From the IMG/VR virus record IMGVR_UViG_3300025103_003050, positions 1 through 52,328 of that record: 52,328 nt of DNA; one strand, given 5' to 3'. Each line of letters opens with the position of its first letter. Position 1 is the first letter of the stretch. A program made the position numbers and the translations under genes. Positions 8,125-17,410 of the stretch are shown here, one piece after another. Below the pieces are notes generated by a model, which saw nothing but the letters and a program-made list of their open reading frames with translations, was not told the DNA's origin and searched no databases. Source of the stretch: a virus (lineage: Duplodnaviria; Caudoviricetes).

Positions 8125-9966
8125 TTATTTTGCGTTACCCCAATTATCTCCTTTCTCGACATCCACCTTTAAGGGCACTTTCAACTTTACGCAAGTTTTC
8201 ATGATTTGTAAAGCTTCTTCAAAACATTTTTGTTTATTCCAAGGAATTGAAAAATCTAATTCATCGTGAATAGTTAGTTTTAAATCTATTTCATCTAAAA
8301 TTCCTGCTTCATAAATTTTTAACATTGCAGCTTTTGTAATATCAGCTGATGAACCTTGAATTAAAGCATTTAATGCTGTATGAGTATAAGCTCGTTTTAA
8401 TTCTTGTTTAGGATACTGTGCGTGTGCTTCGGAAAGTGTATATGCTCTTTCTCCCCAACTATCTCTAGGTTCCCACATATCAAATCTTCTTTTACGACCA
8501 AGTAAAGTTTTAATATAACCCCTACTCCCTGCCACATTTGATACTTGTCTTGATAATTCTTTAACAAATGGTACTTTATTATGATATTGATTAAATAATT
8601 CATAAGCTTGATCTTGTTCTAATCCTAATTGTGCAGCTAATTTTTTATTTCCCATACCATAGAATAATCCTAAATTAATAGTCTTGGCTTGCTTTCTTTC
8701 TATTCCTGCCATATTAGCAACCATTTGATGAAAATCTGTTTTATCATTTCTACAAAATTCTTTTTGAACTTGTAAAGCACTTTTCATATCTTTAAGACTA
8801 GCATAATGTACTAATACTCTAGGTTCTTGTTGAGAGTAATCCGCACAATACCATTCGGAATCTTCTTCTGGTATAAATAAACTTCTGATCATCGGACCAA
8901 GTTCAGGGTCTCTAGCTGGTACTTGTTGAAGATTAGGATATTGAGAACTAAATCTTCCTGTAACTGTACCCATTGGATTAAAACTACAATGTATACGACC
9001 ATTAACAGATTTATCAATAATCATGTTTTTAATAAATGTATTTCGTATCTTGTCTAATTTACGAATATTTAAAATACTTTGACTAACATCATCCACTTGA
9101 GTTTCCAGCCAACTTGCAGTGAAAGATGGAGTACCTTTTGCGGTGTAGTTATATTTAATGTTATTTTTATCATATGCTTCCTTTAAAGAGGCGTTTGCCC
9201 ATACATTAACTATGGTTCCTCCTAAAGTATTTAGTCGTGATTGCATATGAATTTGTTTTTTTTCTAACTCTACATATAATTTATGGGCTTTATCAACATC
9301 AACTCTTACTCCTTTTTTTCTCATTTCAAATAGAACTTGAATTAACTTTGATTCAAATTTAATTATATCTTCAATACCTTCTCTCTTTATTCTTTCTTGT
9401 TGTTTTTGATATATTTGTAAAGTAAGTAAAGCATCTTCTTTAGCATATTCACTTACTTCATTTGCGTGTAGTCTCCATAAATTTTCTTTTACTTTAGCAC
9501 GTTTACCAAACTTATATAAGACAGCTTGTTCGAGTTCAACTTCATATTTAGATTTTCTTAAATAAAACTTTGCTAATGAGTTTAATGAATACTTTAATTT
9601 ATTTTCATCAAGTAGATGTTCTATTGCAAGTACATCTAAAATCTCGTGACTACGAGTAAGGGTAAGTCGCTTATCCAGTGAATAAAGCCACTCTACGTCA
9701 TACATTGCGTTAGCAAATACGAGCTTTTTCTTCTTTGAGTAAATATATAATAAAAAACTAATGACTTTTTCTTTATTTAAATTTCCACCACCTTGGTGTT
9801 TAATTGGAAAATATTCGTTATATCCACTATCAGTTGCAATAGAAATACCTGCTATGAAACCATCTTTTCTAAAACCACCAGGACCCATTGTTTTAAGATT
9901 AGGATCATAGGTCTCGGTATCTATTGCTATTAAATTTGCTTCATCTATTTTATTTACATTAAACAT
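8125..9966 (-). CDS. polA: Family A DNA polymerase with 3'-5' exonuclease
   Basis: DTET exo I, TGRFSS..PNLQQVP, motif A DYSQQEPR, motif B RKQAKTINLGLFYG, motif C HDE. Confidence 0.95.
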   Translation of the reverse strand: MFNVNKIDEANLIAIDTETYDPNLKTMGPGGFRKDGFIAGISIATDSGYNEYFPIKHQGGGNLNKEKVISFLLYIYSKKKKLVFANAMYDVEWLYSLDKRLTLTRSHEILDVLAIEHLLDENKLKYSLNSLAKFYLRKSKYEVELEQAVLYKFGKRAKVKENLWRLHANEVSEYAKEDALLTLQIYQKQQERIKREGIEDIIKFESKLIQVLFEMRKKGVRVDVDKAHKLYVELEKKQIHMQSRLNTLGGTIVNVWANASLKEAYDKNNIKYNYTAKGTPSFTASWLETQVDDVSQSILNIRKLDKIRNTFIKNMIIDKSVNGRIHCSFNPMGTVTGRFSSQYPNLQQVPARDPELGPMIRSLFIPEEDSEWYCADYSQQEPRVLVHYASLKDMKSALQVQKEFCRNDKTDFHQMVANMAGIERKQAKTINLGLFYGMGNKKLAAQLGLEQDQAYELFNQYHNKVPFVKELSRQVSNVAGSRGYIKTLLGRKRRFDMWEPRDSWGERAYTLSEAHAQYPKQELKRAYTHTALNALIQGSSADITKAAMLKIYEAGILDEIDLKLTIHDELDFSIPWNKQKCFEEALQIMKTCVKLKVPLKVDVEKGDNWGNAK

Positions 9967-10430
9967 TAATTTAATTTTCCTAAAATAAAATTAATATTAA
10001 TATAAGCCCAATCTCTATCTGTCATACCCCATAATCTTTCAGCATCTTTTTGAATATATTTTTCTCCAAATACAATTCTTTTAGCTGAAGTATTTAAAAG
10101 TAATTTAACACAATGAATACAAGGACTTACTGTACAATAGACTGTATGTATATCATATACATCTTTACATTGAAGTAATGCGTTTTGCTCAGCATGTATA
10201 GCTTCACATTTATCTAAATCTTTTCCACTTGTAGAGTGTGCTCCTTTGCAAGGATTATCTAAACAATGAGTAAACCCACTTGGATTTCCATTATAACCAG
10301 TTGCTAATACATGATTTTTTTTATTTACTAAAATACAACCAACTTTTCTTCTGACACAAGTTCCTCGTTCTGATACTAACAACGCCATTCTTAAAAAATA
10401 AAAATCAGCAGGTTGTCTATAATTATCCAT
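9966..10430 (-). CDS. dCMP deaminase
   Basis: TGYNG, HAEQNA, SPCIHC. Probable start MDNYRQ at 10430. Confidence 0.9.
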   Translation of the reverse strand: MDNYRQPADFYFLRMALLVSERGTCVRRKVGCILVNKKNHVLATGYNGNPSGFTHCLDNPCKGAHSTSGKDLDKCEAIHAEQNALLQCKDVYDIHTVYCTVSPCIHCVKLLLNTSAKRIVFGEKYIQKDAERLWGMTDRDWAYININFILGKLN

Positions 10431-10614
10431 ATTTTTTAAATTTATAAATTTTAGCTGAATCAAATCTTGAGGATGTTACTACTCTTTTTATTAATAGATA
10501 TTCTTTTAACTTTTTATAACATTCCTGACAATAAAAAAAATTATTTTCAGTTTCAATAAAACTAAAAATAAGTCGATCACAAGTTTTACAATTATATGAT
10601 TCTTGATTAGCCAT
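10423..10614 (-). CDS. Small zinc-finger protein
   Basis: CKTC...CQEC. Confidence 0.55.
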   Translation of the reverse strand: MANQESYNCKTCDRLIFSFIETENNFFYCQECYKKLKEYLLIKRVVTSSRFDSAKIYKFKKYG

Positions 10615-11440
10615 ATATTAAATAATCTAATCTTTCAGAGAGTAATCCATTAGGTCTTAACTCTGTGCCTTTTAAATTTGCCATTTCCCATAAAATATCA
10701 ATAAATTTAGTAGGAGTTTTTTTATACTTTTCAATAAGATTATTTAAATTAAAATCTTCATCTTGATATGTACTTGTAAATATATTATCTAATTTACTAA
10801 AATCATTTTCATAAAGATGTCTACTTCCTGCTTGTATATTTAATTCACCTAACTTACATTTTAATCCACGAAAATTTAACCAACAAAGTATATAAAAAGA
10901 GATTGCACTAAAGTTAAAAGTATCATAAGGAGTACCTAACCAGGCGTCATTACTTCTCATACTAGCAATCGTATGTAACCATAACTCATCACTTGCTTCT
11001 CTTAATAAAAATTGTAAAGATAAAGTACAAGGAATATCTTTACTTGATCTAGGATTCTCTCTCCATATGTTTATAACAGCTTGTCTACTATCATTATCTT
11101 TTATTAAAGTATTAATTACATAAGATGTTTGAGTAATAATTTTAGGACCATAAGCTCCAAAAAAAGTTACACCATCATCACTAAATCTTTTAACTCCATC
11201 AACATATTTAGCTACACTTGCAACATCATTTCTACCACTTAACATCCAGGCTGCTTCACCAAACATAAAACTATAAGATAATTTTCTTTCAGGTATCGTT
11301 ATAATAGGGTCTTCCATACCTATTTTAAAAGAGTGATTAATTTTTTCTTTTATATTTAATCCTCTAGGTTTACACATAAACTCAGGAAGATTATAAATAT
11401 CCCATAACATTTTTTTATATCTGATATTAGTTTCTTTCAC
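10607..11440 (-). CDS. Thymidylate synthase superfamily enzyme, probable dCMP hydroxymethylase
   Basis: GAYG, DSRQA, DIPC (catalytic Cys138), MRSND.WLG.PYD with Asp173 at the base-specificity position, GSRHLY. Confidence 0.8.
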   Translation of the reverse strand: MKETNIRYKKMLWDIYNLPEFMCKPRGLNIKEKINHSFKIGMEDPIITIPERKLSYSFMFGEAAWMLSGRNDVASVAKYVDGVKRFSDDGVTFFGAYGPKIITQTSYVINTLIKDNDSRQAVINIWRENPRSSKDIPCTLSLQFLLREASDELWLHTIASMRSNDAWLGTPYDTFNFSAISFYILCWLNFRGLKCKLGELNIQAGSRHLYENDFSKLDNIFTSTYQDEDFNLNNLIEKYKKTPTKFIDILWEMANLKGTELRPNGLLSERLDYLIYG

Positions 11441-11441
11441 T

Positions 11442-11636
11442 TTAATCTTTCACTTTAATTTTATTTGTATCTATAATTTTTTTAATATCTTTACCTTTTT
11501 TATTTACATATGCACATATAATTTTTGTTTTTGGAAATTTTAAAACTAATTTTTTTAACATTTTTTTAAATGACATCGCTTCTATTGTTTCTTGTTTTTC
11601 ATCTGTTAAAGAAGTAATTATATAACTATATCGCAT
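11442..11636 (-). CDS. Small basic hypothetical protein
   Basis: ORF track; operon-packed. Confidence 0.6.
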   Translation of the reverse strand: MRYSYIITSLTDEKQETIEAMSFKKMLKKLVLKFPKTKIICAYVNKKGKDIKKIIDTNKIKVKD

Positions 11637-12189
11637 TTAAAACCTTATCTGTAAATTGATCTAATTTATAGCCATCTTTAAACATATCGTATCTGATAAA
11701 ATCTTTTCTTTCTCTTAAAGGAGATAAATTTTTAATAAAAACATTTCTTTTACATTTACCAAACCAAGAAAAATAATAATCATCTATTACTGAATCTATA
11801 TTATCATATTCTTCGTGTCTTAAAGTTTTATTTAATCTATGATTTTCTTTTACTCTTGCTGTATCTTCTGGAATACACCAAATATATTTTGCACCTCTTT
11901 CTTTTAATCTAGTATATAAAAAACCCGGATTATAACTTGGACCACTACTTCTTATATAAGAATAAAATTGTTCACTAGGCCAATGTCTATCTATTAAAAC
12001 TAATTTACCTTCAAGTTGTTTTCTTACTGCTAATCTTGCACTAGCTGTATGCCACAATTTCATATTTTTATGAACTCTTAAATGCATATAATAAGAGTTT
12101 TTAAATTTTTTTTTAATATGATTTATTAATGTAGTTTTACCTACACCATCAGGTCCTTCAAATATTAAGATTTTTCCTTTAATAAACAT
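11626..12189 (-). CDS. dNMP (thymidylate-like) kinase
   Basis: IFEGPDGVGKTT P-loop and IDR...SE motif. Confidence 0.85.
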   Translation of the reverse strand: MFIKGKILIFEGPDGVGKTTLINHIKKKFKNSYYMHLRVHKNMKLWHTASARLAVRKQLEGKLVLIDRHWPSEQFYSYIRSSGPSYNPGFLYTRLKERGAKYIWCIPEDTARVKENHRLNKTLRHEEYDNIDSVIDDYYFSWFGKCKRNVFIKNLSPLRERKDFIRYDMFKDGYKLDQFTDKVLNAI

Positions 12190-13199
12190 TTAAAAAATTC
12201 TTTCGTTCTTTCTTTCGACCAAAATTTATTTTTTAAAATTTCAGCTTGACTATTAAATACTTTAGTTAATTCATCATTACTACATTTTTCTAAATTTTCA
12301 GGTTCATGATAAAAACCTAATACTTTAGTTTCTTCAGGATGACCATAGATAATACATCCTGCATCTAATGCCATTTTATATCTTACTCTCCACCAGCCAC
12401 TTCCTTGTAAAGTATGATAATGAGGCGGACTTATTATTCCCCATATTTTACAATACTCTGCAAATAATTCATGTTCTTTTAATCTTGTTTGTCCTTCTTT
12501 TATATTTCCAAAAGTTTTTACAGGCCAATTAAAATATTGTTGTTTTAACCAATTTTGTTTACTTACTAAACTAGCACAAGCCCATTCTTTTTTTCTTTCA
12601 TGAGATTGACTTGAAAATAAATTTATTAAATCAGGATGATTTAAATGTAAATTACAATAAATTGAAGGATCCCAATTTATAATTTCTTTAGCTCTCATCC
12701 CTAAAGTTTCATAATTACCACCATCATAAGCTGGAATTAAAAGTTTATAAGGCCATTCTTCAAAAGCAAATGTATCTACAAAATCTTCTATTTCTTTTTT
12801 ATAATCTTGAGCCTCATCCCAATTAACTTTTCCTACTGGATTTCCTGCTTTACTTAATTTTTTCCATATTCTCCAATGACCTCTACTAAAAGTTCCAAAA
12901 CCACTTACTGAATCTTTAGTTTGCCAATCATCTATTGATACAATTGCATCTGGTCTTTTAATTAAAGTATATGCTGCACCATACCAAAAACGTGCTGATA
13001 AACTATTAGGACCAAATACAAATACAAAAACTTTATCATATTGAGAAACATCTTCTCCCGGGACAATTGCTTTTTGAGTAACATCATGTCCTAAATCTTT
13101 TAAAACTGTAGGTAATATTCTAGCTGATGTAGATATATTTAGTGTACTTCTTGCTGTTCCTACAGCTAATGCATTAAAGCCTGTTATTAGTATTTTCAT
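12165..13199 (-). CDS. GT-B glycosyltransferase, T4 DNA beta-glucosyltransferase-like
   Basis: Probable start MKILITG (344 aa). Blocks DVSQYDKVFV, IDDWQ, KTFGN, WRVRYKMALDAGCII and SQAEILK parallel remembered T4 BGT segments. Confidence 0.65.
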   Translation of the reverse strand: MKILITGFNALAVGTARSTLNISTSARILPTVLKDLGHDVTQKAIVPGEDVSQYDKVFVFVFGPNSLSARFWYGAAYTLIKRPDAIVSIDDWQTKDSVSGFGTFSRGHWRIWKKLSKAGNPVGKVNWDEAQDYKKEIEDFVDTFAFEEWPYKLLIPAYDGGNYETLGMRAKEIINWDPSIYCNLHLNHPDLINLFSSQSHERKKEWACASLVSKQNWLKQQYFNWPVKTFGNIKEGQTRLKEHELFAEYCKIWGIISPPHYHTLQGSGWWRVRYKMALDAGCIIYGHPEETKVLGFYHEPENLEKCSNDELTKVFNSQAEILKNKFWSKERTKEFFKCLLKEKS

Positions 13200-13629
13200 C
13201 TTGTTTTTCTTTTTCTTCTTCAATTATTTGTTCTAGATCAGGTGGTCTCCATCCTTTAGGCTTTACTACATCAAAAGATGTACCACGTTTTTTAGATTTA
13301 CTTTTAGTTCTTATTTTACTCATATTGGCTTTTTGTACTTCATTCCAAGCTTTTTCAAAAGGTAAATTAAAAAGCCACGCAGTTCCTAATGCAATATAAA
13401 CTATATCAACAAGAGCATCTAAAGCACCAGCTGTATCTTTTTTAGTTATTGCTTGAGTATATTCTGTAAGTTCTTCTAATAAAAAAGAAGTTCTAAAATT
13501 AACTAATTCATTATTTTCTGGTATACCAACTTTATCATTTTTTTCAAATCCAAATTTTTTATGAAAAGCATCAATATCTTTTATTAAAGTATCTTTATCC
13601 ATATCTTCAAACATATCTTCATAAGTCAT
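13174..13629 (-). CDS. MazG-like / PRA-PH all-alpha NTP pyrophosphohydrolase
   Basis: EELTE...DALVDIVY...EVQKANMSK...KPKGWRPP. Confidence 0.85.
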   Translation of the reverse strand: MTYEDMFEDMDKDTLIKDIDAFHKKFGFEKNDKVGIPENNELVNFRTSFLLEELTEYTQAITKKDTAGALDALVDIVYIALGTAWLFNLPFEKAWNEVQKANMSKIRTKSKSKKRGTSFDVVKPKGWRPPDLEQIIEEEKEKQDENTNNRL

Positions 13630-14045
13630 AAGTGATATTCAAAATTCCTTCCTTCTTGATGAGTTTTTAATTCTACAGCTCCTTTTCTTAAATGAAATTT
13701 TCTAGCCATTTCTGTTAAAGGAGAAAGAGTAACTAATTTTTTTACTTCTTCTTGATGAGCATAAAATTTTAAATGATTTATTAATAAACTTCCTGCTCCT
13801 TTTTTATTACTCCATAAACTATAAGCTACTAATATATCTCCTCCTAAATTGGTAAGTGCACTTAATTCTCTTATATTTCTAGGAATTCCTAAAGTTCTTG
13901 CTATACATACTACTCCTATAATATCTCCATTTAATTGTTCTAATCCAAATATTTTTCTTCCATGATTTAATCTCCATTTTAAATCTAATTCAGGTCTAAT
14001 AGGATCCTCTTTAATATTAATAGTTTTTAATTCTTTAAAGATCAT
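13626..14045 (-). CDS. GNAT-fold acyltransferase-like protein
   Basis: YSLWS.KKGAGSLLI and ARKFH.RKGA acyl-CoA-binding-like segments. Confidence 0.6.
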   Translation of the reverse strand: MIFKELKTINIKEDPIRPELDLKWRLNHGRKIFGLEQLNGDIIGVVCIARTLGIPRNIRELSALTNLGGDILVAYSLWSNKKGAGSLLINHLKFYAHQEEVKKLVTLSPLTEMARKFHLRKGAVELKTHQEGRNFEYHL

Positions 14046-15100
14046 AATAATGTAGCTTGTTCTGGTACCTTTCTAAAATCTATAATTTGTAATTCTTCTT
14101 CTTTTTTATTCTTTTCTTTAATACTATTTTTTATTATTCTTGCTACATATTCAGCGACAGGAGGCATTACTCCACGTGCGATTTGTGATCCTATACTAGA
14201 ACTTGGTCCTTCCCATTTATAATCTACTGGAAAACCTGCCATATAAGCTAATTCTTTATGACCAAATAATCTATCTTCATTAGGATGTATATAGAATCCT
14301 CCTGCTATAACTGGTATATGTGCATTATCTTTTAATCTCCATTTCATAAATTGAGGTCTACCTTTTACTCCTCCACGCATTCCTCCTCGTACCCAAGTTT
14401 CTGGTGGATTATATCTTTCCCATGTTACTCTTAAACTTTCTCCTTGTTTACAATGTTTAAGATAAGGTTTTTCATTTTCTCCTAACTTCATTAAATGTCC
14501 TATATCGGATCCATGTTCTTTTTTAAATTCACTTAAAACTTCTCCCGCTGTTGGTAATGGTTGAAAATTTAAAATATGCGGATTTAATCCATATTTAGTT
14601 GCTATAAAAAAAAATCTTTTTCTACTATGATTTAAACCAGTAAAGCCTCCATCAATTAATAAATGGGTAACTTGATAATTTAATTTATTTGCTTCTTTAG
14701 TTAATTCCATAATCATTGGATATCCTCCATTTTTAGAGTAAATTCGAGGAACTGATTCAATAGCTAAAGCTGTGGGATTTAATTCTTTTAAAAGATTAAA
14801 GCTATTTCTCCAACATGCAATTCTAGGATCATCTCTCCATGCTCCTGCTCCTTTCTGTGCTCCTCCTAAATTAGACCAAGGAGCACATGGTGGATTGCAA
14901 TAAACAAAATCAATCTTATTTTTAAATTTTTTTCGAGGCCATTCTTCTTCACCTTCATATACAGGAATATTTGGAAAATTAGCTTTAAAAGTTTTTTTAT
15001 ATAAACCTGGTTTCATTTCGAAATGAGCTTCAACATCAAAATGTTTACTTACTCCAAGAGTAAAACCGCCAGCAAATATATAAGTTCCTAATGCTTTCAT
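14042..15100 (-). CDS. C5-cytosine DNA methyltransferase homologue, possibly a carboxymethyltransferase
   Basis: PPC (IV), ESV (VI), HSRKR (VIII), KEL..MAGFP (IX). Altered motif I (YIFAGG) and motif X (QIARGV). Confidence 0.85.
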   Translation of the reverse strand: MKALGTYIFAGGFTLGVSKHFDVEAHFEMKPGLYKKTFKANFPNIPVYEGEEEWPRKKFKNKIDFVYCNPPCAPWSNLGGAQKGAGAWRDDPRIACWRNSFNLLKELNPTALAIESVPRIYSKNGGYPMIMELTKEANKLNYQVTHLLIDGGFTGLNHSRKRFFFIATKYGLNPHILNFQPLPTAGEVLSEFKKEHGSDIGHLMKLGENEKPYLKHCKQGESLRVTWERYNPPETWVRGGMRGGVKGRPQFMKWRLKDNAHIPVIAGGFYIHPNEDRLFGHKELAYMAGFPVDYKWEGPSSSIGSQIARGVMPPVAEYVARIIKNSIKEKNKKEEELQIIDFRKVPEQATLL

Positions 15101-16608
15101 CGTAATTCGTAACTATACTTCGTTTCTGGATGCAACAAGAACAAATTTTTTTTAGCTCGTGTTACAGCTACATAAAAAACTCTATGTTCATCATCTGGTT
15201 CAACATTAAATTTTCTCCAAGTTTTATAAGAAATATCGGAAATAACCACAACATTATCACTTTCTCCTCCTTTTATTCCATGAATAGTTGATAATCTTAT
15301 CCTCGCTTTATTTTTAAAAATATCTCCTGATTTAATTAAAGATTCAAACATTAAAATATCTTCGGGATCTAGACCAAAAATAACTTCTTGCCATTCTCCT
15401 TTAGCAATTAATCCTACATTTTCTCTTAAATCTTGAAGAGAAAATTCTTTATTTTGATCAATACCTTCTAATTTTTTAAAACCTCTAGTGATTCCTGTTT
15501 TACTTTTAATACACTGATATAATTTTTTTAATTCATCAAAAGAAATAGTTTCACCTCTATTTAATTTAATCCATGATCTAATAGCAATAACAAATTTATT
15601 AGTTTTAAATTCGTGGTAACCTTTTTCATAAAACCAACCCATTCTTTTACAATAAGATTCAGCTTTAAATAATTGATAACCTGATCGAGCTAATATAAGC
15701 CATTCTCCTTCTGACATATCTACATCTTCAATGGAATAAATATCAGTTATTGATCCTTGATCCTTTCTTGAAGTCCAATTTTTTACTTGTCTTAAAGAAA
15801 TTTTATGAGAAATATCACAAGCTAATTTATGAATAGTTTTTGGCAATCTATAACTTATAGGTAATACTTCAATATTACCTTTAATATTTAAAAATCTTTT
15901 AACATCAGCTCCTGCCCAACGATAGATAGCTTGATCATCATCACCTGCTATATATCTAAATTTACAATATTCATTTATTCTTTCTATTACTTTCCATTGT
16001 TTAGTTGTTAAATCTTGAGCTTCATCTACAAAAATAATATCTAATTGTGGAATAGTTTCTTCTTTTATAAAAATATCTAGCATATCAGTAAAATCTAAAA
16101 GATTTTTAGATTTCTTAAAATTAATTAATGCTTTAGAAAAGTATTCTTGTTCTTCCCAAGTATGTTCACATTCTAATTCTTTCCACACGTCTTTTAAATC
16201 TCTTTCACTTGATCTTGAAACTTCATCACAGAATAAAAGTAAATCACCTCTTTTATTTCCGACAGATAATCCAGATGTATCTTCTTCAGATACTCCTGAC
16301 ATTTCTACTCTAGCAATTTCACTAAATTCTTTTACACGTTCTCCTTTAAAAACTTGACCACTATTTATATTTAAAGTTCGATAACATAAACTATGGATAG
16401 TCCTAAAATATTCTAAATCATCTTCTGAAAGATTAAATTTTTTAATAACCCTACTTCTTGCTTCTCTAATTGCTCTACGAGTAAAAGAAAAAAATCCAAT
16501 TTTTTCAGGTTTATATCCTTCTGCAATTTTTTCTTCTAAAAGTTTTAAAAGAGTTGTAGTTTTTCCTGTACCAGGACTACCAAAAATTTTAATTGTCTTA
16601 CTTTCCAT
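15097..16608 (-). CDS. UvrD/Rep-like SF1 helicase
   Basis: GSPGTGKTT, DEAQD, GDDDQAIY, STIHGIKGGE, YVAVTRAK. Confidence 0.92.
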   Translation of the reverse strand: MESKTIKIFGSPGTGKTTTLLKLLEEKIAEGYKPEKIGFFSFTRRAIREARSRVIKKFNLSEDDLEYFRTIHSLCYRTLNINSGQVFKGERVKEFSEIARVEMSGVSEEDTSGLSVGNKRGDLLLFCDEVSRSSERDLKDVWKELECEHTWEEQEYFSKALINFKKSKNLLDFTDMLDIFIKEETIPQLDIIFVDEAQDLTTKQWKVIERINEYCKFRYIAGDDDQAIYRWAGADVKRFLNIKGNIEVLPISYRLPKTIHKLACDISHKISLRQVKNWTSRKDQGSITDIYSIEDVDMSEGEWLILARSGYQLFKAESYCKRMGWFYEKGYHEFKTNKFVIAIRSWIKLNRGETISFDELKKLYQCIKSKTGITRGFKKLEGIDQNKEFSLQDLRENVGLIAKGEWQEVIFGLDPEDILMFESLIKSGDIFKNKARIRLSTIHGIKGGESDNVVVISDISYKTWRKFNVEPDDEHRVFYVAVTRAKKNLFLLHPETKYSYELR

Positions 16609-17410
16609 TATGTTTATTATATATTTTTCTTAAAGTAGCACGTTGTTTATCTGATAATAAAATATGTTTATCACCATTTTTATTTGTTTTTTCAATTACT
16701 GATTGACAAAAACTATTTTCCCAATCATTTAATTTATTTTTATTAATATTATTTAAAAAATTAATTAAGTTTTGATATTTATTTCCTTCTATTCTATTTA
16801 ATAATTCTTTAGGAATAGCTTGATGAGTAACTTCTTCAATACCTATTCTTTTCATATGAAAATATAATTCTCTACATAATTGAACATCTAATAAAGCATC
16901 GTGATAATTATGAATTCCTCTATGAAAAAAATGTTTAAAACATTCTTCTAATTTAGGAAATTTATAATCATTATAATCAGCTTTTAATTTTAATTGATCT
17001 TTAGCCATCATCATAGTACAATGTAATTTTTGAGGCTGTTTATAAATAAAATTTAAAAGTGTTAATTCTCGTTCTAATATTTGTAAATCAAAAGCTAAAT
17101 TATGAGCAACCATTGTATGACACTTACTTATAAAGTAAGTCATCATAGCTAAAGGATACTGTAAAGCTATTCCTGTATCTTGGGCTTCTTTAGTAGATAT
17201 TCCATGAATATCTTCAACTTCTTTAGGAATAATAAAATCAGGTACATCTCTTGATTTTGGCTCTATTCGACTAGAATATTGAGCTATAATTTTTTCTTTA
17301 TCATCGCATACTTGAAAAGCTATACTTACAAGTCTAGGTTGATCTTTATGATTAGAAGGTAAATCCCTTCTCCATAACCCATTAGTTTCAGTATCAAAAA
17401 ATATATACAT
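16598..17410 (-). CDS. DEDDh 3'-5' exonuclease (DnaQ-like)
   Basis: FFDTETNG, HNLAFD, HDALLD. Confidence 0.9.
   Translation of the reverse strand: MYIFFDTETNGLWRRDLPSNHKDQPRLVSIAFQVCDDKEKIIAQYSSRIEPKSRDVPDFIIPKEVEDIHGISTKEAQDTGIALQYPLAMMTYFISKCHTMVAHNLAFDLQILERELTLLNFIYKQPQKLHCTMMMAKDQLKLKADYNDYKFPKLEECFKHFFHRGIHNYHDALLDVQLCRELYFHMKRIGIEEVTHQAIPKELLNRIEGNKYQNLINFLNNINKNKLNDWENSFCQSVIEKTNKNGDKHILLSDKQRATLRKIYNKHNGK

Noticed and set aside
13200-13223. Poly-Lys N-terminal extension of the glycosyltransferase, and similar extensions at 5554-5607, 10431-10463 and 20468-20494
   Set aside because: Artefacts of longest-ORF calling; downstream ATGs have better RBS or coupling.
6102-15100. 2-aminoadenine (PurZ) or 7-deazaguanine (QueC/DpdA) pathway
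   Set aside because: No PurA-like, FolE, QueD or DpdA motifs seen. The PP-loop enzyme has NadE-specific motifs and lacks the QueC Cys cluster.
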